From assembly GCF_018350175.1 (NCBI RefSeq), contig NC_058368.1, positions 67,768,001 through 67,832,000 of the forward strand: DNA of 64,000 bases. Reading direction: 5' to 3'. The notes under the pieces are model-generated. The model did not search any database, was not told where the DNA came from, and was given only the letters and a program-made list of their open reading frames with translations. Source of the DNA: Felis catus (lineage: Eukaryota). Shown piece by piece: positions 38,372 to 52,609 of the stretch (position 1 is its first letter; each line of letters begins with the position of its first letter). Made by a program: the position numbers and the translations under genes.

Positions 38372-38822
38372 TGATAAAGATTGGATTGTGTCCTCCCAAC
38401 TAGAAAATATGTTAGAGTATTAATTTCTAGGATCTCAGAATGTGACTTTATTTGGAAAGAACATGGTTGCAGGTGTAATTAACTTAAGATGAGGTCAAAC
38501 CAGAGTAGGGTGGGCCCCTAATCGAATATAAGTGGTGTCCTTGTGGGAGGATGGCCACAGGAATGAAGACAGACACACATGTGACAATGAAGGCAAAGGT
38601 TGGAGTTATGGAGCCATAAGCAAAGGAATGCCGAAGGTTCCCAAACACCAGAAGTTACAAAGGGCAATGAAGGATTTTTCCCTATAGATTTCAGAGCATG
38701 GCCCTGCTGACACATTGGTGTCAGATTCCTGGTTTCCAGAACTGTGAGAGAGTAAATTTCTATTGTTTTAAGCCACCCCAATTTGTGGTCTTTAGTTACA
38801 ACAGCCATAGGAAATGTATGCA
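38372..38822 (+). mobile_element. MaLR MLT1B/C-like solo LTR
   Basis: tg...ca termini; cagaatgtgactttatttgga and ccagaactgtgagagagtaaatttc; TSD gggac/aggac. Confidence 0.85.
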
Positions 38823-40994
38823 AGGACTAGGTAGTTTTTGCAGTCATTTAGAGCGCATTTTTGAATATTTTAAGGATATGTAAAAATGCTACAGTATATT
38901 AATCATTGAAAATGTTTATAAAAATATTCTATATACTCTGACTCCTATTATTTAAAAAATACTTAAACATATATATATGTATATATATATTCCTCCATTT
39001 TTTTCCCCAGTGCATCATATTGTTAAATCTGGTTTCCTGTGAATGGGAGCATTTTGGACAACTTTTATTTCCTTTGTTATAGTTTTCTGATTTTTTCAAA
39101 TTTTATCAGGACACAAAAATCTATAAATGTTATCTTTTTTGAAGAAAAATGTATTTTACTTGGCGTTGTCTTCCTGTGACTTAGACAACTATGTTTCTTC
39201 ATGAAAAGTACACAATAATCTTTTTTTTTTTTCTATTTAAACTTCTATGCATGGAGCTTAGCAGAATAATTACCAGCTCTGGCACCCAAGAGCCCTAACA
39301 TGGACAAATCAGTTGTATAAAATATGGAGTGCTGACATATCTAACAGACATATATTACAAAAGCATTAGGAAATTATCCATCAAGACTCAAAGCAGTAAA
39401 GTCTCATCTGGAAACTGGATAAGGTTTGCGATGAATATAGGAATTTCCACAGCTAATGGAGATCCACTGACCTATAATGAAATTATCTGGTCTGGGCTGG
39501 ATGGGAAAAGTGAGTAATAAAACTTGGGCACCAAGAATTTCATTTTCCGAATCTCAGACCTCCTAAAATAGATAGTGTTAAAATCGGTCACAGAGGATTT
39601 AAATTCGTTTGCACACCTATCCAAAGAATATTTTAAATTATTTGTAGGTGTATTCCCAACCATGCTAGCATTTTAAAAATGCCTTCATTTCCCTTTAGAG
39701 TTTTAAAAGTATGCCATTTCAGAGTTGGTGATTTACTAATACTTTGAATTTATGTGTATTTAATTTAGCTGAATTGAGATATACCCAATTGGAATAGGTA
39801 GGTTTTTTTGGCTTCTTGGTACAGTTTTTTTTAGAGGCTTATTAAGGAGTCAAGCAAATGTAGAGTGAAGCTAGGATTATTTGAGGTGAGGTCACCCTGA
39901 GAGGTATAGAATGGAGATGTCTGTAGAAAACTCATACTCTTATTGCTATGTTTGATTATAATGTGCATTGACACCTTGTGAGCATTCTTCCTTCTGGACA
40001 CCTAGGACCTCTCTGATGCCACTAAGGAGTGGAGAAAGCTAATGGGGCAGCAAATGGCCACAAGTGCTAATAGCCCAGGCTAGTTCCTAACAGCCATCAG
40101 AAGAGTGAGCTCAAATCCCCACCAGCCCAAGGTCTCTTCTAGTAGCAATGGTTATGAGTAAGACATGACAGACTCATGAGCACTTGGCTTATTTTTACTG
40201 GCTCTGGTCGCTCTGTTTGGAGGAGGAGTTGGCCTTGGGCTCCCAAAGTTTTCTAGATACTGGGCTCTGAACCTTCTCTCATCTACTACCCCATCCCTCC
40301 CTCAAATGAACTCACTCTTTGTTTGGTACTTAAGCCCTCCTAAAATCCATCCCAACCTGATGAAGAACACACAAACTACATGTTACTCCGTATTGATTAC
40401 TTACTATTGCTTTATACACTGTGATTTTTATCCTTTGTAATGTCATTAGCATGAGAAGAGAGTCTCATTACCACAGTAATGGGGAGTAGTGTTTGTACAA
40501 CCCTTTGTCACCCCAAATTTTGTTTCCTTTGGTCATACTCTAACTTGCACTCTTTCTTTTTCAATAGCTGAAAAATGTAAAGTATTTCCTATCATATGAC
40601 TGTTGTAAGAGGTTTACATGTACTAGTAATTCCTTTAATGATCAAAATAACCCTTTCAAAATGGTTACTAATATTTATTTTATTAATGTTATTGTCTCTA
40701 TTTTACAGATGAGGAAATAGAGGCACAAAGAGAAATTTGCCTGAGGTGACAAAGAAACGTGGCGGAGCCAGGATTTGATGTTAGGAGTACATACACTTAT
40801 ATGCATTTGCATTTGATCTCAAAAGCTCAGACACTTAGCTATGTGCATTTGCTTCTTTCCAGTTATGTTTTTTCAATTATACCTTCAGTTGTCATAAGAC
40901 AACATTCAAATACATGTACTTCTAAATCTATTATTATAGTAGATTATATTTCTACTAACATGATTTCATGATTATGCTTTTGCAAACCCTCTAA

Positions 40995-40997
<3 letters not shown>

Positions 40998-41031
<34 letters not shown>
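40998..41031. repeat. (AT)n microsatellite
   Basis: Directly visible. Confidence 0.97.
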
Positions 41032-41038
<7 letters not shown>

Positions 41039-42275
41039 GCTTAGCCTAATATATCTTCCCACTCACACTGTTGCATGGGAAATTATACCAGTGCAATGGT
41101 AGCCTCTCAGTCGGAGACCACTGAAAAGAAAGGCTCAAGGAAAAAATAAGATGCTCTAATTATATGGTTTACTAAGTCAGTTCAAAGCATATAAGAAGAA
41201 ATCAAGAGGAGAAAGGTGGGGTAAGTTAAGGGGTGAAAGGAAACCCATCATCTGAATTCTGGGGTATACAATGTTCATCTATCTTGTCTCTTTGCTGTAT
41301 CACCTTCCAAACTGGTGGTGTGGTTAAGAGGACGACAGTGGGGTTTGAGGAAGGAGTCCCAACAGACAGATGGGGGGTTTCTATCAGAGGGATGCAAGGG
41401 CAAGTACACCTGCCAAGAGCATTAGCTTGCTAATTAGCCTGCTGAACATCTTTGGGTTTTATTTGTGTTCTTTTGGAGAGAGCACTTGTTCATCCAGAGT
41501 TGAACCACATTAAATAGCTGATTTAAGGATAACATGGTTGTCACTACAGAATGGTGTGATTTTACATTAATACTTGGTCTTTCTGAACCTTATAGTTGAA
41601 GAGTAATACTCTTGCTCATTCCATCATACATTCCATTTATTCCATCTTTAACACATCTTACAAGTTACTAACTTACTATTTATAATTAACACATCATATG
41701 CCTATGTCTCACAAGCTACTCTTTATCCGTACTTAATGCATCCTATGACTTTTGCTTTTTCCTTAAGCTATTAGTTTACTTTTTATTTAAGTGTAACATT
41801 TCTTTGAGTTCTATACATTCTATTTGTTTTGCTTGTCTGTTGGTGAAGAATTGAGTATTCTTAAATAATAGAGAAAGCATGTATTACTCAAGTGCAATAG
41901 ATTTCCTCACCTACCATCGACTGGTGAGTAAAAAGTATTCAGACTGAACAGAATGAGCATTGGACAAATGACCTTGTGATTGGATGATTGGAGCCAATGC
42001 TCAGGCTGCTTCGTGTCAACTATGAGAAAAGTCTCTCACCCTTATAAAGATATAAATAACTGTCAAAGAAATTTCTCATCTAGTTTCCAGTACTGAGGAA
42101 AACCATTCCTGGAAAGCTGGCATTGAGTATGACTAGGTACATATAAATTCTCTTCCCTTGAAGGGTCTAGAATTATCAGCTAAGGTTTTTTGCCAAAGGA
42201 ATTTTGGCATGAGATTATTTATGAAAAGGGCACGGCTGTTATGGTTATGATTGTCTTTATACTCAGCTATCTCTT

Positions 42276-42460
42276 TTTTAAAGTTTATTTATTTATTTTG
42301 AGGGGGGAGGGGCAAAGAGAGAGGGAGAGAGAATCCCAAGCAGGCTGTGCACTGTCAGCGCAGAGCTCAGTGCGGGGCTCCATCTCACGAACCATGAGAT
42401 CATGACCTGGGCCAAAATCAATAGTTGGACGCTTAACCAACTGAGCCACCTAGGCGCCCC
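42276..42460 (-). mobile_element. Can-SINE
   Basis: TSD tca(g/a)ctatctctt at 42263-42275 and 42461-42473. Confidence 0.92.
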
Positions 42461-44429
42461 TCAACTATCTCTTAATTTTCATGAGTGAAGGATGCAGATA
42501 AAAGATTTATATGATGGAAAAATCTTTTTGAAGCTTGTTGCAGAAAAGCTAGTTTGTTGAGCATTCAAAAGAGTGTAGATAAAGATCTTCTGTTGTGCTT
42601 TCCTCTTGGAAACATTATAGAAAAGGAGCACCTGGTTGTTTTAGAAAATTAAAAGTGCAGAGCTTATTGAAATGGTAGTTGTTGGGTGCATGGGCCAATT
42701 AAGGAGTTTGGCTGATAGCATAAAGTTAAGCTTTTGAAAATCATGGACTTAAGTTCTCATCTTTGTCATGTAGGGACTGAATCATCCCAGATATTAAAAA
42801 GAAAAGAAAGTAAAACATTCAGGAGATTTCCTTAATAGTTTTTAGAAGTTGGGCTTATAGCTCTCTTGATGGTAGTTTCTAGCCCATTGTTCCCCTGAAT
42901 TGCCAGGAACAGCGATTTTAGGTGTGAAGTTATTAACCATCTCAAGAGGGTCATCTTTTAGGACAAGGAGACCATTTGGGACTCGAATGGAAGCACTGAT
43001 TCCAGGCATTAAAGGTCCCTAAGGACAAAATTATTTAGCCAAGTTTCTTTGGCAGACTAGCCCCACCGTCTGCTTCCTTATTTTGGCACTCCCAATTCCT
43101 TGTTTAATTGAATAGATGTGAAATAAACAACTAAAATAAGGTAAAAGGAAAAAAATAGATATTGCTTTATTAGTAATGGAAGGTGTAGGCAACTTTGGCC
43201 TAAAAAGCCTATAGGCATCTAATGTCACTGAGGATGGATAAGTCTTTGGTATGGTGTTTGGAGTTGCCTCAGATTTCTACTCTTGAGCCAGAGGCCCGTG
43301 GGTCACCGCTGGGGCATAAGCAGATAAACACATGTTTTGCTAACCCAGTGAGTCATCCATAGTGAAACATGGTGTATATAAGCAGTTTCGTCATCTAAGC
43401 ACCTCTGACTTACGATAAACTATTGAAGATTCTTGCTTTTGATGACAGAATACAAATAAGTAGTGGTAGGGAGTAGAGAGTAGGTTTGATGTACAGTATA
43501 TTATCAGTGATATTCCATTGTAGAATATCATTTAGACCAATCAATGTAGTGATATGCCAAGTTCATGGAGGATATTTCACTGCGCTCCATCTGCCATATG
43601 TAGAAAAGTAAGAGAAAACACTGTAGGATAACTTGAGAAATTATTCTTAGGGTTTGAAATTAAGTATGGAGCTGGAAATTTTAAGTAAAGGTCCAGTGGC
43701 TGTCTAGATCACTCTTAGGAATGAGGTTTCTGAATATTTATTTTTAATTTATGTTGCATCTACTCCAGCAGTGTTTGTGGTGGCATGCCATTATAAATTC
43801 CACAAAAGTCTATTACATCAAGGAAAAAGAGCAAGATATATATCATGAGGGAAGGTATTGGTTTTAATAGAAACACCTGGGTTAAGCATAGCTATTATAA
43901 TCGGGGAAAATATATGCTTCCATGTTTCTTGGAGTCAAGATCCAAATGGAAATGTAATGGGTTAAATAACTCCTCTTGTTTAAAATTAGGGAATATACCA
44001 GTGTGTTAGGAGAAAACTCTCCCTGGCACCAAATTCTAAGAAGAATTTCTTGCATCGATCTTAAGGAGCATTAGGCTTCACAAACCAGTCTCAATTCCAG
44101 TTCCATCTTGTTTGCTTAACCTTATTAACCCATTCCTCCATCTTTCTTACTTATCTTAAATTTGTTCTATCATGCTGTATTTTTATAACGTTGTGAACCA
44201 CCCAGATCCTATATAGGATAAAGGTAAATGTAAGACAAGTAAAATAAGCAATGTGATAGTATGGCCTTCAATTGCAGTTTTTATATCATGTGAGGAATCA
44301 TTTAATGTGGTCATTTATAACCGACTCAATAAAATTACACAAGTTAACAGCATGTGGTCAAGGTTCTGTTGGGACATTTTAGCCAATGACCATGGCTATT
44401 TAATTTTAGTTCTGTAAGTGCATGAGCTT

Positions 44430-45640
44430 CCTTCCTTCCTGGTCTCTCATAATTTTACTCCCACTATACCTGCTCGATGATTTCATGTAGACCATTAATC
44501 TTAGTTTCTCTTTTTTCTTTGCATCTACCAGTCAGTTCCCTCTTGACCTCTATTCCTTTCCAACCTACTAGGGACCATGTGGTTTATCACCCAAGCTCTT
44601 TTTTCACCAGGACCCTTTGCCATGCTACACTTACTCTTCTGCTGCACTTTACTCTGCAAAATCTGGCATTAGGGTTGATGCTACAGTTTGTTTTCTCTCA
44701 CTTGACCCTGTCTGCTGAACCCTGTTGGAGAAAACTACACAACTGTGTAGGCTGTTGCCATCCCATTATCATGGAATTCTGGCTCATCTGAGTCTCCAGC
44801 CATCCTTATACTTTCTCATTAGTAATGAACTCAAAGTTTCACCTCTGCAGGCTCCCCCTCCAACCTCTCCCCTCTAACTCCTACTTTGTTTTCTTCTGTA
44901 TTGAAAATATTGGGTCCACCAAGGTTATCCCCATTTCTTCCCACTTCCTCCTGAAAACTTACCTATGTTTCATTTATCTTTACCCTGTTTTCTCCAGTCA
45001 AAGACAGTGAAGTGTCTGGCTCTCTGTTTAATAGGAGGCCACCCACCCAGCCTCTTGCTTTGGTCTCCCATCTCCTCTGTGCACTTGGTCTACCAATGGT
45101 GACCCTTCTTAAACCGGCCACCCCTGAAGTCCCAGTATTTCCTTTCTTTGAAAGGATTTCAAGTGTCTCTCTTACTTACAACATGAATAGCAACAACTAC
45201 TCTTGGCTGAGCATAAGTCTTGCTCTGTTCCAGAGCATTCCAATTTCTTGATGCTTCTGCACTGGCTCTTGGTCTTACTATGTCTCCACTCCTTAGCATA
45301 CTGCAGTTGGATTTCAGCTTCTGCCCCTCCAGTAAAATTGTTCCTGCTAAGGTTGCTGGTAATATCTACTATGTTAACGCCAATAAATACTTGCTACCCT
45401 TCTATGTGATTAATTCATTACAGGTTGAAGCTATCTGGTATAGTTATCAGGTTTTCTTGATTCTCCTTTCATCTCTCTGACTATTTTTTGTTTTTTCTAA
45501 AGTACTCTTTTTCCTTCAGGTGCCCTTCAAATGGTAGTGTTATTTAGGTGTCCTTAGTTTTGTTCTTATCCTAGATGCTCTCCTTGGAAGATCTCACAAT
45601 TCTTTGTGGTTTCATCAACCCCTTATGTGCTTGTTAATTG
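44430..45640 (+). mobile_element. L2 internal fragments
   Basis: Pyrimidine-rich degenerate L2-like sequence (ctgttggagaaaactacacaac; gcagttggatttcagcttctgccc). Confidence 0.5.
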
Positions 45641-45871
45641 ATGGGGAAGTTGAGTCAGGCCACCTTGACATGGTGATTTGGACTCTTAGAGCACGAGGAG
45701 GCATGAGGAGGTAACAGCTAGCATCTTCCTGGAGATTTTGAAGTAAAATCCCTACACCTTCTGCAACAGAATCTTTTAAATATATTCACCCAGCCTTATC
45801 TTTGATTTTTGAGTTGGTATGTTTGGGGTGGGACTTGGGAACCTGTATTGTCAAAACATTCCTGAATTGCT

Positions 45872-46088
45872 GCTGCTGCTTCTTCTTCCTCTTCTTCTTC
45901 TTCTTCTTCCTCTTCTTCATCTTTAATTTTATTTATTTATTTTGAGAGAGAGCAGGGGAGGGGCAGAGAGAGAGGGAGAGAGAGAATCCCAAGCAGGCTC
46001 CATACTCAAACTCATCAGCTGTGAGATCATGACATGAGTCGAAGTCAAGAGTCAGACACTCAGCCCACTGAGCCACCCAGACACACCC
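45872..46088 (-). mobile_element. Can-SINE with trinucleotide-rich tail, in a MER5-like remnant
   Basis: TSD ctga(a/g)ttgct; (GCT)n/(TCT)n tail at 45868-45920. Confidence 0.85.
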
Positions 46089-46853
46089 TGAGTTGCTTCT
46101 GATGCACATTTATTGAGTGCTTACTGTATATCAGGTACTGGACTGTGTTACTAAAATCAACATTTTATCATGGAAGTTAAAAGTCTTATCTGTAATCTCG
46201 AGTTAAAGATAAGCTTTCTGGCTGCAGGAAGACCCAAAGACAGGATCAGAGCTTTCTTCTAAAAGCAGAATTCTAAAAATGTTCTCATAACTAGTAAGAG
46301 TTGATTAAGTATTAGGTTCTGTCTCATGAAATGCTGGCAGTGTGGTGGCCCAGAATATTGCAAAGAATTTTCTCTCTCTCTCTTTTTTTTTCTTTTGTTT
46401 CCAAGATGTCCTCTCACGGACAGTCTCTGACTTTAAGCAGTGCTGTATCATGGTGTGTGCATGGTGGGTTAGCCTTAAAGTGTATCCCGAGCTAACCAGA
46501 TGGAACCAGGTTATTCTTACGATCCAGATATCAGCTGAGGTGCTCCTCCCTACCTGGCTTCTCCAGAAGAGTACTGAATGGTTTTGCCTTGCCTGGGTGC
46601 AAAGCCTAGCTCCTTCGGGTTCCCAAATCCCTTACCTCCCTTCATTAGTTTCCTGAAGATTTGGGGGTTCGAGTGGAAATTATCTTACATCAGGCAGCCT
46701 TTCTATGTCTCCAAGTTGTCTCCTTTCCCTGCTTCTCTTTCCTTCTCTGTCTTCTCCTCATCCTCATTCCCTCTCTCTGCTAGGACCTACACACATTCCC
46801 CTTCTTGTTTGTTGTAGAGAGCTTAATAACGGTCATTTTAAAATGTCAATGTG

Positions 46854-47080
46854 GGGGCGCCTGAGTGGCTCAGTCAGTTGAGTGTCCGACTTCAGCTCAG
46901 GTCATGATCTTACGGTCTGTAGGTTCGAGCCCCGTGTCAGACTCTGTGCTGACAGCTCAGAGCCTGGAGCCTGCTTTGGATTCTGTGTCTTCCTCTCTCT
47001 CTGCCCCGCCCCCGCTCATGCTCTCTGTCTCTCTCTCTCTCTCTCTCAAAAATAAATAAACATTAAAAAAAGTTAAAAAA
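46854..47080 (+). mobile_element. Can-SINE
   Basis: TSD core gtcaatgtg on both sides. Confidence 0.93.
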
Positions 47081-47670
47081 ATAAAGCGTCAATGTGTTTG
47101 GAATCTTTTCCTTCATTCCAAAAGGTTTATCAAAATATTTATTTATTTCTGACCTCTTTTTAAGAGGAATTCCAAAAATAAAATTTTTTTCTGTCTCCCT
47201 TTTTAAGATGTTTCTTCAAAGCTATTTCTTAAACGTGATAGTTTTGGTGGTAGTATAGGCAATATTGTGAGTGGTTTCTTCTGGCCATGATTGTTCAGTT
47301 TCTGAAAGAAGACCATTTCTTACTTCTTAAGTAAGATTTTGTGGCTGAAAAGACTGTGGATTTTGTGGCTGGCAAATATGCACACAGATAATCTAATAGC
47401 TAAATTACAGAGGCTGGAAGGTACAGCATAGTTTTGCTTGACATAATTTGGAGTTCGATTTGTTGAAACATGGCCTATTATGATTCTTGTAGTGATATTA
47501 CAATTAACGGATTTGAAGTCCTTGGGATCGGTATCTTTGTTAGTTTGTATGGAACCAAGAGTGGCTGGGAATCAAGAATCGAAGTCAATTTGGAGCATTA
47601 GTCGTGTCTTTAAAAAATTCATCTGAGTTATTTTCTTAAGTAGTAGTAATGGCCATATGCAAAGAGTATG

Positions 47671-47975
47671 TGTTAGGGTTTGAATTGTGCCTCCCCATAA
47701 TTCATAAATTACAGTTCTGACACTCAGAATGTGACCTTATTTGGAGATAGTCTTTTCCAAGAATGACGTTTTCCCTGTGCGCACGAAGACAGCCATCTGC
47801 AAGCTGAGGGGAGGAGACCCGGGACAGATCCCTCCTCACAGGCTTCTACAGGAACCAGCCCTACCGACACCTAGACCTCAGACTCCTAGCCAACACAATG
47901 GGAGATGATACATTTCTGTAGTTTAAGTCCCCCAGTTTGTGGTACTTTCTTATGGTGCCCTAACAAACTGGTACA
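47671..47975 (+). mobile_element. MaLR MLT1A-like solo LTR (internally deleted)
   Basis: tgttagggtttgaattgtgc...cagaatgtgaccttatttggagatag...caaactggtaca; TSD gtatg. Confidence 0.8.
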
Positions 47976-47980
47976 GTGTG

Positions 47981-47982
<2 letters not shown>

Positions 47983-48011
<29 letters not shown>

Positions 48012-48236
48012 TTTGTAAGATTTTTCAGAAATATTTATTTATTTTTGAGAGAGAGAGAGAGAGACAGAGTGTGAGCAGGACAGGAGCAGAGAGAGATGGA
48101 GACACAGAATCCGAAGCAGGCTCCAGGCTCTGAGCTGTCAGCACAGAGCCCAACGCGGGGCTTGAACCTATGCACTGTGAGATCATGACCTGATCTGAGG
48201 TCGGAAGCTTAACCGACTGAGCCACCCAGGTGCCCC
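47983..48236 (-). mobile_element. Can-SINE with (TTTA)n tail
   Basis: TSD gtacagt(g/a)tgtt at 47971-47982 and 48239-48250. Confidence 0.93.
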
Positions 48237-49714
48237 AAGTACAGTATGTTTTAAACTGCAGTTCTTTATTCAGGATGAAAGACTGACGAATGTAGCTCTT
48301 CAGTTTGAGAGGGGACAGTAATACCAAAGAGTTTGAAAAGTGTTTCCACTGAAAATGAAGAATGTATAATTCTGGGGAGAAGGATGGTAACTTTTGGATA
48401 AATACAGTAACTTATCCTAGGGGTTTCCAAACTTGATTTGGCAGGGAGTTTTTGTTTTGTTTTGTTTTTTAAGAATTTCAAAGGAGGTAATAACAGAAAT
48501 GAGTTGCTTTGATTGAAAAAGCAGGTGCATGTCTGGGAACTGGTTGCTCTTCCCCTTTCCACGTCATCCACCCCTTAAGGTGGCTTGGAACCCTGAGCCT
48601 TTTGAGACAGAGGAGATACTCTTGGCTACGAATTTGAATTGACCCAGAAGGAACCATCCCAGAGGGGTTAATTAGGCTCTTTCCGTGGATTAGGATTTGC
48701 TACCATTAAAGCAAATGATATTGTCTTCTAGGCAAAATATCATTTCTGGAAAAGTCATTAATTATATATGCTGTAAAGGCAAAGGGTTACCAGACCCTAG
48801 TTGGGGAAGGTTTTAGGGTCTATGAAACATGGGACGAATCCCATGGGGAGAAATAACTTACCTAACCAATCATTGTGAACCTGTCTTTCCTTAATTCCTT
48901 TTTCTTGAAGTAATGCCAAGAGCAACTATATCCCCAAATCTGCATTCATTATTGGCCCTATTGGTTAAGCCTTGGGCTTTTCAGTGAGCTCTGTCGTATT
49001 GCATTAAAAACTGCTTAGAGAGGGATTTACAAGTAATGAATTTCTCTGCAGTTTTCTCTGAGCTCTTTATCCTCGACTATCTAGTCTGGAACTTCTTCTT
49101 CAATTATCACTGCTCTCAGATTTCCAACTTCCTCCTCTCTCTGATGCCTCACTCCCAGTAGTTTCTCAGAGTCTTCGGGCCTTACCCAGGTTACCAGTCC
49201 TGGAAACACACCCCTATAGCCCTGAACCCTAGCTCGGCTGTGTACGTTTTTAAAGCCAGGCCTTGGTTTCCTCTTCCTACCACCAAGCAAAGTATTTGAG
49301 GACTGGTGGACATCAGGGCTTGGGTGAGTGTCTGTCATAAGAAGTGTGCTGATTCTGATCTTCCTAGCTTTCATCAGCTTACCGCCCTCAGCTTTCCAGT
49401 AAAACCATCTTGGCATCTTTTGCCAGGAACTGTAAGTCTTGGGCTAATCTGCAGGAGACCTGCCACGTTTGCGCTGAACTCAGAGCAAGTTCTTAACTGC
49501 ACCTAAGAGAAGCGTATATCTTACTCTGCTATTTAAAGAACCTCTCTATTCATTTAAATGGTTTCAATTTACTCTCCTGTAGATTGTTTGTCTTGGTTTA
49601 TTAGTCCACTTAAGGCTTAGGACATTTTACCTTTACAAATACAAAAACCTTCCTGGTTTAACTTAAAAAATCCTTCTTGTCATTTACTATTGTTATTCTT
49701 TTATATTCTATGAT

Positions 49715-50600
49715 ATTAATTTATTATCATAACTTTAATTTATTGCGGAAGGAAGACTTAACATGAGGTCTACCCTCTGAAAATGTTAGTGTAGAACATA
49801 TGATTGTTGACCACAGTTACCATATTTTCCTGCAGATCTCTTGTTCTCTTGTTTCCTGCAGAGCTTGTTCATCTTGTTTGACTGAAGCTATGCCTGTTGA
49901 CTAGTACCTTCCATTTCCCCCCACCCCCACCCCCCCAGTCCCCGGAAACACTGCTACTCTTCAAGTCTGTGAATTTGACTATTTTAAATACCTCATGTAA
50001 GTGAAATCATGCAGTGTTTGTCTTTCTGTGATTGCCTTATTCCCTTAGCATGATGTCCTTAAGGTTCATCCACATTGTCATATATTGCAGAATTTTCTTC
50101 TTCTTTTTTTTTAAAGACTCAGCAGTATTCCATTATGTGTATGTATACATGTATTTATGTATGACACACATGTACACACCAGTTTCTTTATCCATTCATT
50201 TGTCTATGGATGGACATTTATGTTGTTTCCACATCTTGGCTGTCTTGCTATTGTGAATTATGCTGCAATGAATATAGAAGTGCCAATCTCTCTTTGAAAT
50301 CCCGATTTCCATTCTTTTGGACAAATACCCAGAAGGGGGATTGGTGGATCATATGCTAGCTCTATTTTTAATTTTTTTGAGGAAACTTCATACTGTTTTC
50401 CACAGCGGCTGCACCATGTTGCCTCCCCACCAACAGTGTGCAAGTATTCCGATTTCTCTACATCCTTGCCAACACTTTTAAAATTTTATTATAATACCCA
50501 CCATATTGACAGTGGTGAAGTGTATCTCACTGTGGTTTTGATTCGCATTTCTGTGATGATGAGTGACATCGAGCATTTTTCCATGTATACCTTGGCTTAT
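49715..50600 (-). mobile_element. L1 (L1MA/MB-like) 3' end
   Basis: Minus [29 protein letters not shown] is a degenerate ORF2 C-terminus, followed by 3'UTR. Confidence 0.88.
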
Positions 50601-51629
50601 GGTTTTATATATTTTTAATTTTTAATCTAGTTCTTTTAGCATTCTACATGGTAATTATTCTTTTTCACTTGTCTTACTTTTTACCCCCTCCTTTTTTTTT
50701 TTTTTTGGTGCTCTGGTTTTACCTTCATATATCTCTCTTTAATTTTCTATCTTTGATATTTTTTCTTTGGCTCTTTTTTCTTCTTATTTTTTACCAATTT
50801 ATGTTTTAGCAATGTAATTATTTTCTTTTTTGTGAGGCTTGGTTTTATCTGTTTTATAGGTTTTAATTTTGCTAATTCTTTGCATTGTAATCTCCCAAAC
50901 CCTTTCATGTTATTTATCTATTTCTTATTTTCCTATTATAGCCTGTTCCTTTAATTCCTTTTGTTATTATTTGTAAGATTACAAACACTAAGCGTTTTGC
51001 TGGGGATGAAAATTGCAAAGAAATTCTTCTCAGCGATCACAGAGTTTGGATGTGTTTCTCCTGACTGTCCCTAATAGTTGTTCCTTTGAGTTTGTAGACT
51101 ATCTCTTCATTTCCCTTCAGTGTTGATTCTCCAAGAAAAATAATGTCATCAATGATACCCGCATATCAGTTGCATATGATACATTTCTTATCCAAGGCTG
51201 ATAATGATCCTCTTTATGGAAGAGGCACATTTTATATTAGAATTGGTACGTTTTTCTCTCCAGGTATGCCATATTCATTAATTGTTTATCAGGAGCTGGA
51301 TATTCTCACAACTGTTCTCTCTGACACAAGCACTGGGAACAGCAAGTTGTTCAGCAGAGTGCCAATTGTGGCACCTCAAAGAAGTCAGCAGGGAAGGCCA
51401 CCTCTGAGGCCTGGCTTTGTTGAGGAAACTTCCAAAAGACTGTTCTGGAAGGAGACTTTATAGTGGGATCACCACAGTCATGCTTCTGAAATCTGCTCTT
51501 CCTCCGACTGCTGTACGTGTTGGGTTGGACCTACCACCCCTCTGGCAGTTTGTGGGAGAATCCTGAGTGAATCTATTTCCTTTGTTTCACGCTTTGGGAA
51601 GCATTTTGGCTGTGATTATCACCAACAGG

Positions 51630-51684
51630 TTTCCTTTCCTTTCCTTTCCTTTCCTTTCCTTTCCTTTCCTTTCCTTTCCTTTCC
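51630..51684. repeat. (TTTCC)n pentanucleotide microsatellite
   Basis: Directly visible, about 11 units. Confidence 0.96.
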
Positions 51685-52378
51685 AACATCAAATAGAAGT
51701 ATGGATGAATTAAAGTGTGGATGAATGAAAATACACTTTAAAAATAGAAAGGTGAGGCAACTTAAAAATTGTGCTATAATGAAGAGCAGTTGAGGGAATT
51801 GTTCAGTCTAATTATAACAGGAACTTAAAGGAAATTTGCTTGCTATTGGCAGATATCCCTAGGACTGTCATGGAAGAGGGGGTTGCTAACTAGGGCAGAA
51901 CCAGATGCAATGGGTGGAATTTATAGAGAGCCAGCTTTGGCTGTATTTATAGAAAAAAACAATTCAAATATGAAAACTGTTTAGCCAGACAACATGCTGC
52001 TTCAGAGTGGACCGTGATAGGCTAATTTTAGAGGGAGGTTAGAAGGTTCTGTCTGTGATTCTTTGGCCTTATGTTCATTTTGACCTCTGACCTAATATTG
52101 GATTTTAATGATCTGATTAGCTTACTTCAAAGTAGAGTATTTGAATTTGAATTGGGTTTCCTCATCTAAATTTATTTCATTCTTCTGATTATTTTCAATT
52201 TTTTGATAAGGCAGTTCTTTCTGTTCAGCATCATCTTTGGTCATGTCATCCACGTGGTGGCGGTTGTCCTTATATTCAGTAGGATTCATTGAATGTCACA
52301 GAGTCACACGAAACAAAAGATATGGCATTGGATGGGAATAATTTTAGAGCTAATCCTTAGATTTCTGGAGGTTTATTT

Positions 52379-52595
52379 ATTTTTTTTAAATTTTTTAAAT
52401 CTTTATTTATTTTTGAGAGAGAGACAGAGCGTGAGCAGGGGAGGAGCAGAGAGAGAGGGAGACACAGAATCCCAAGCAGGCTCCAGGCTCTGAGCTGGCA
52501 GCACAGAGCCCGACGTGGGGCTCTAACTCATGAACCGTGAGATCATGACCTGAGCCAAAGTTGGACGCTCAACCGACTGAGCCACCCAGGCGCCC
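52379..52595 (-). mobile_element. Can-SINE
   Basis: TSD tggaggtttattt on both sides. Confidence 0.94.
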
Positions 52596-52609
52596 CTGGA
52601 GGTTTATTT

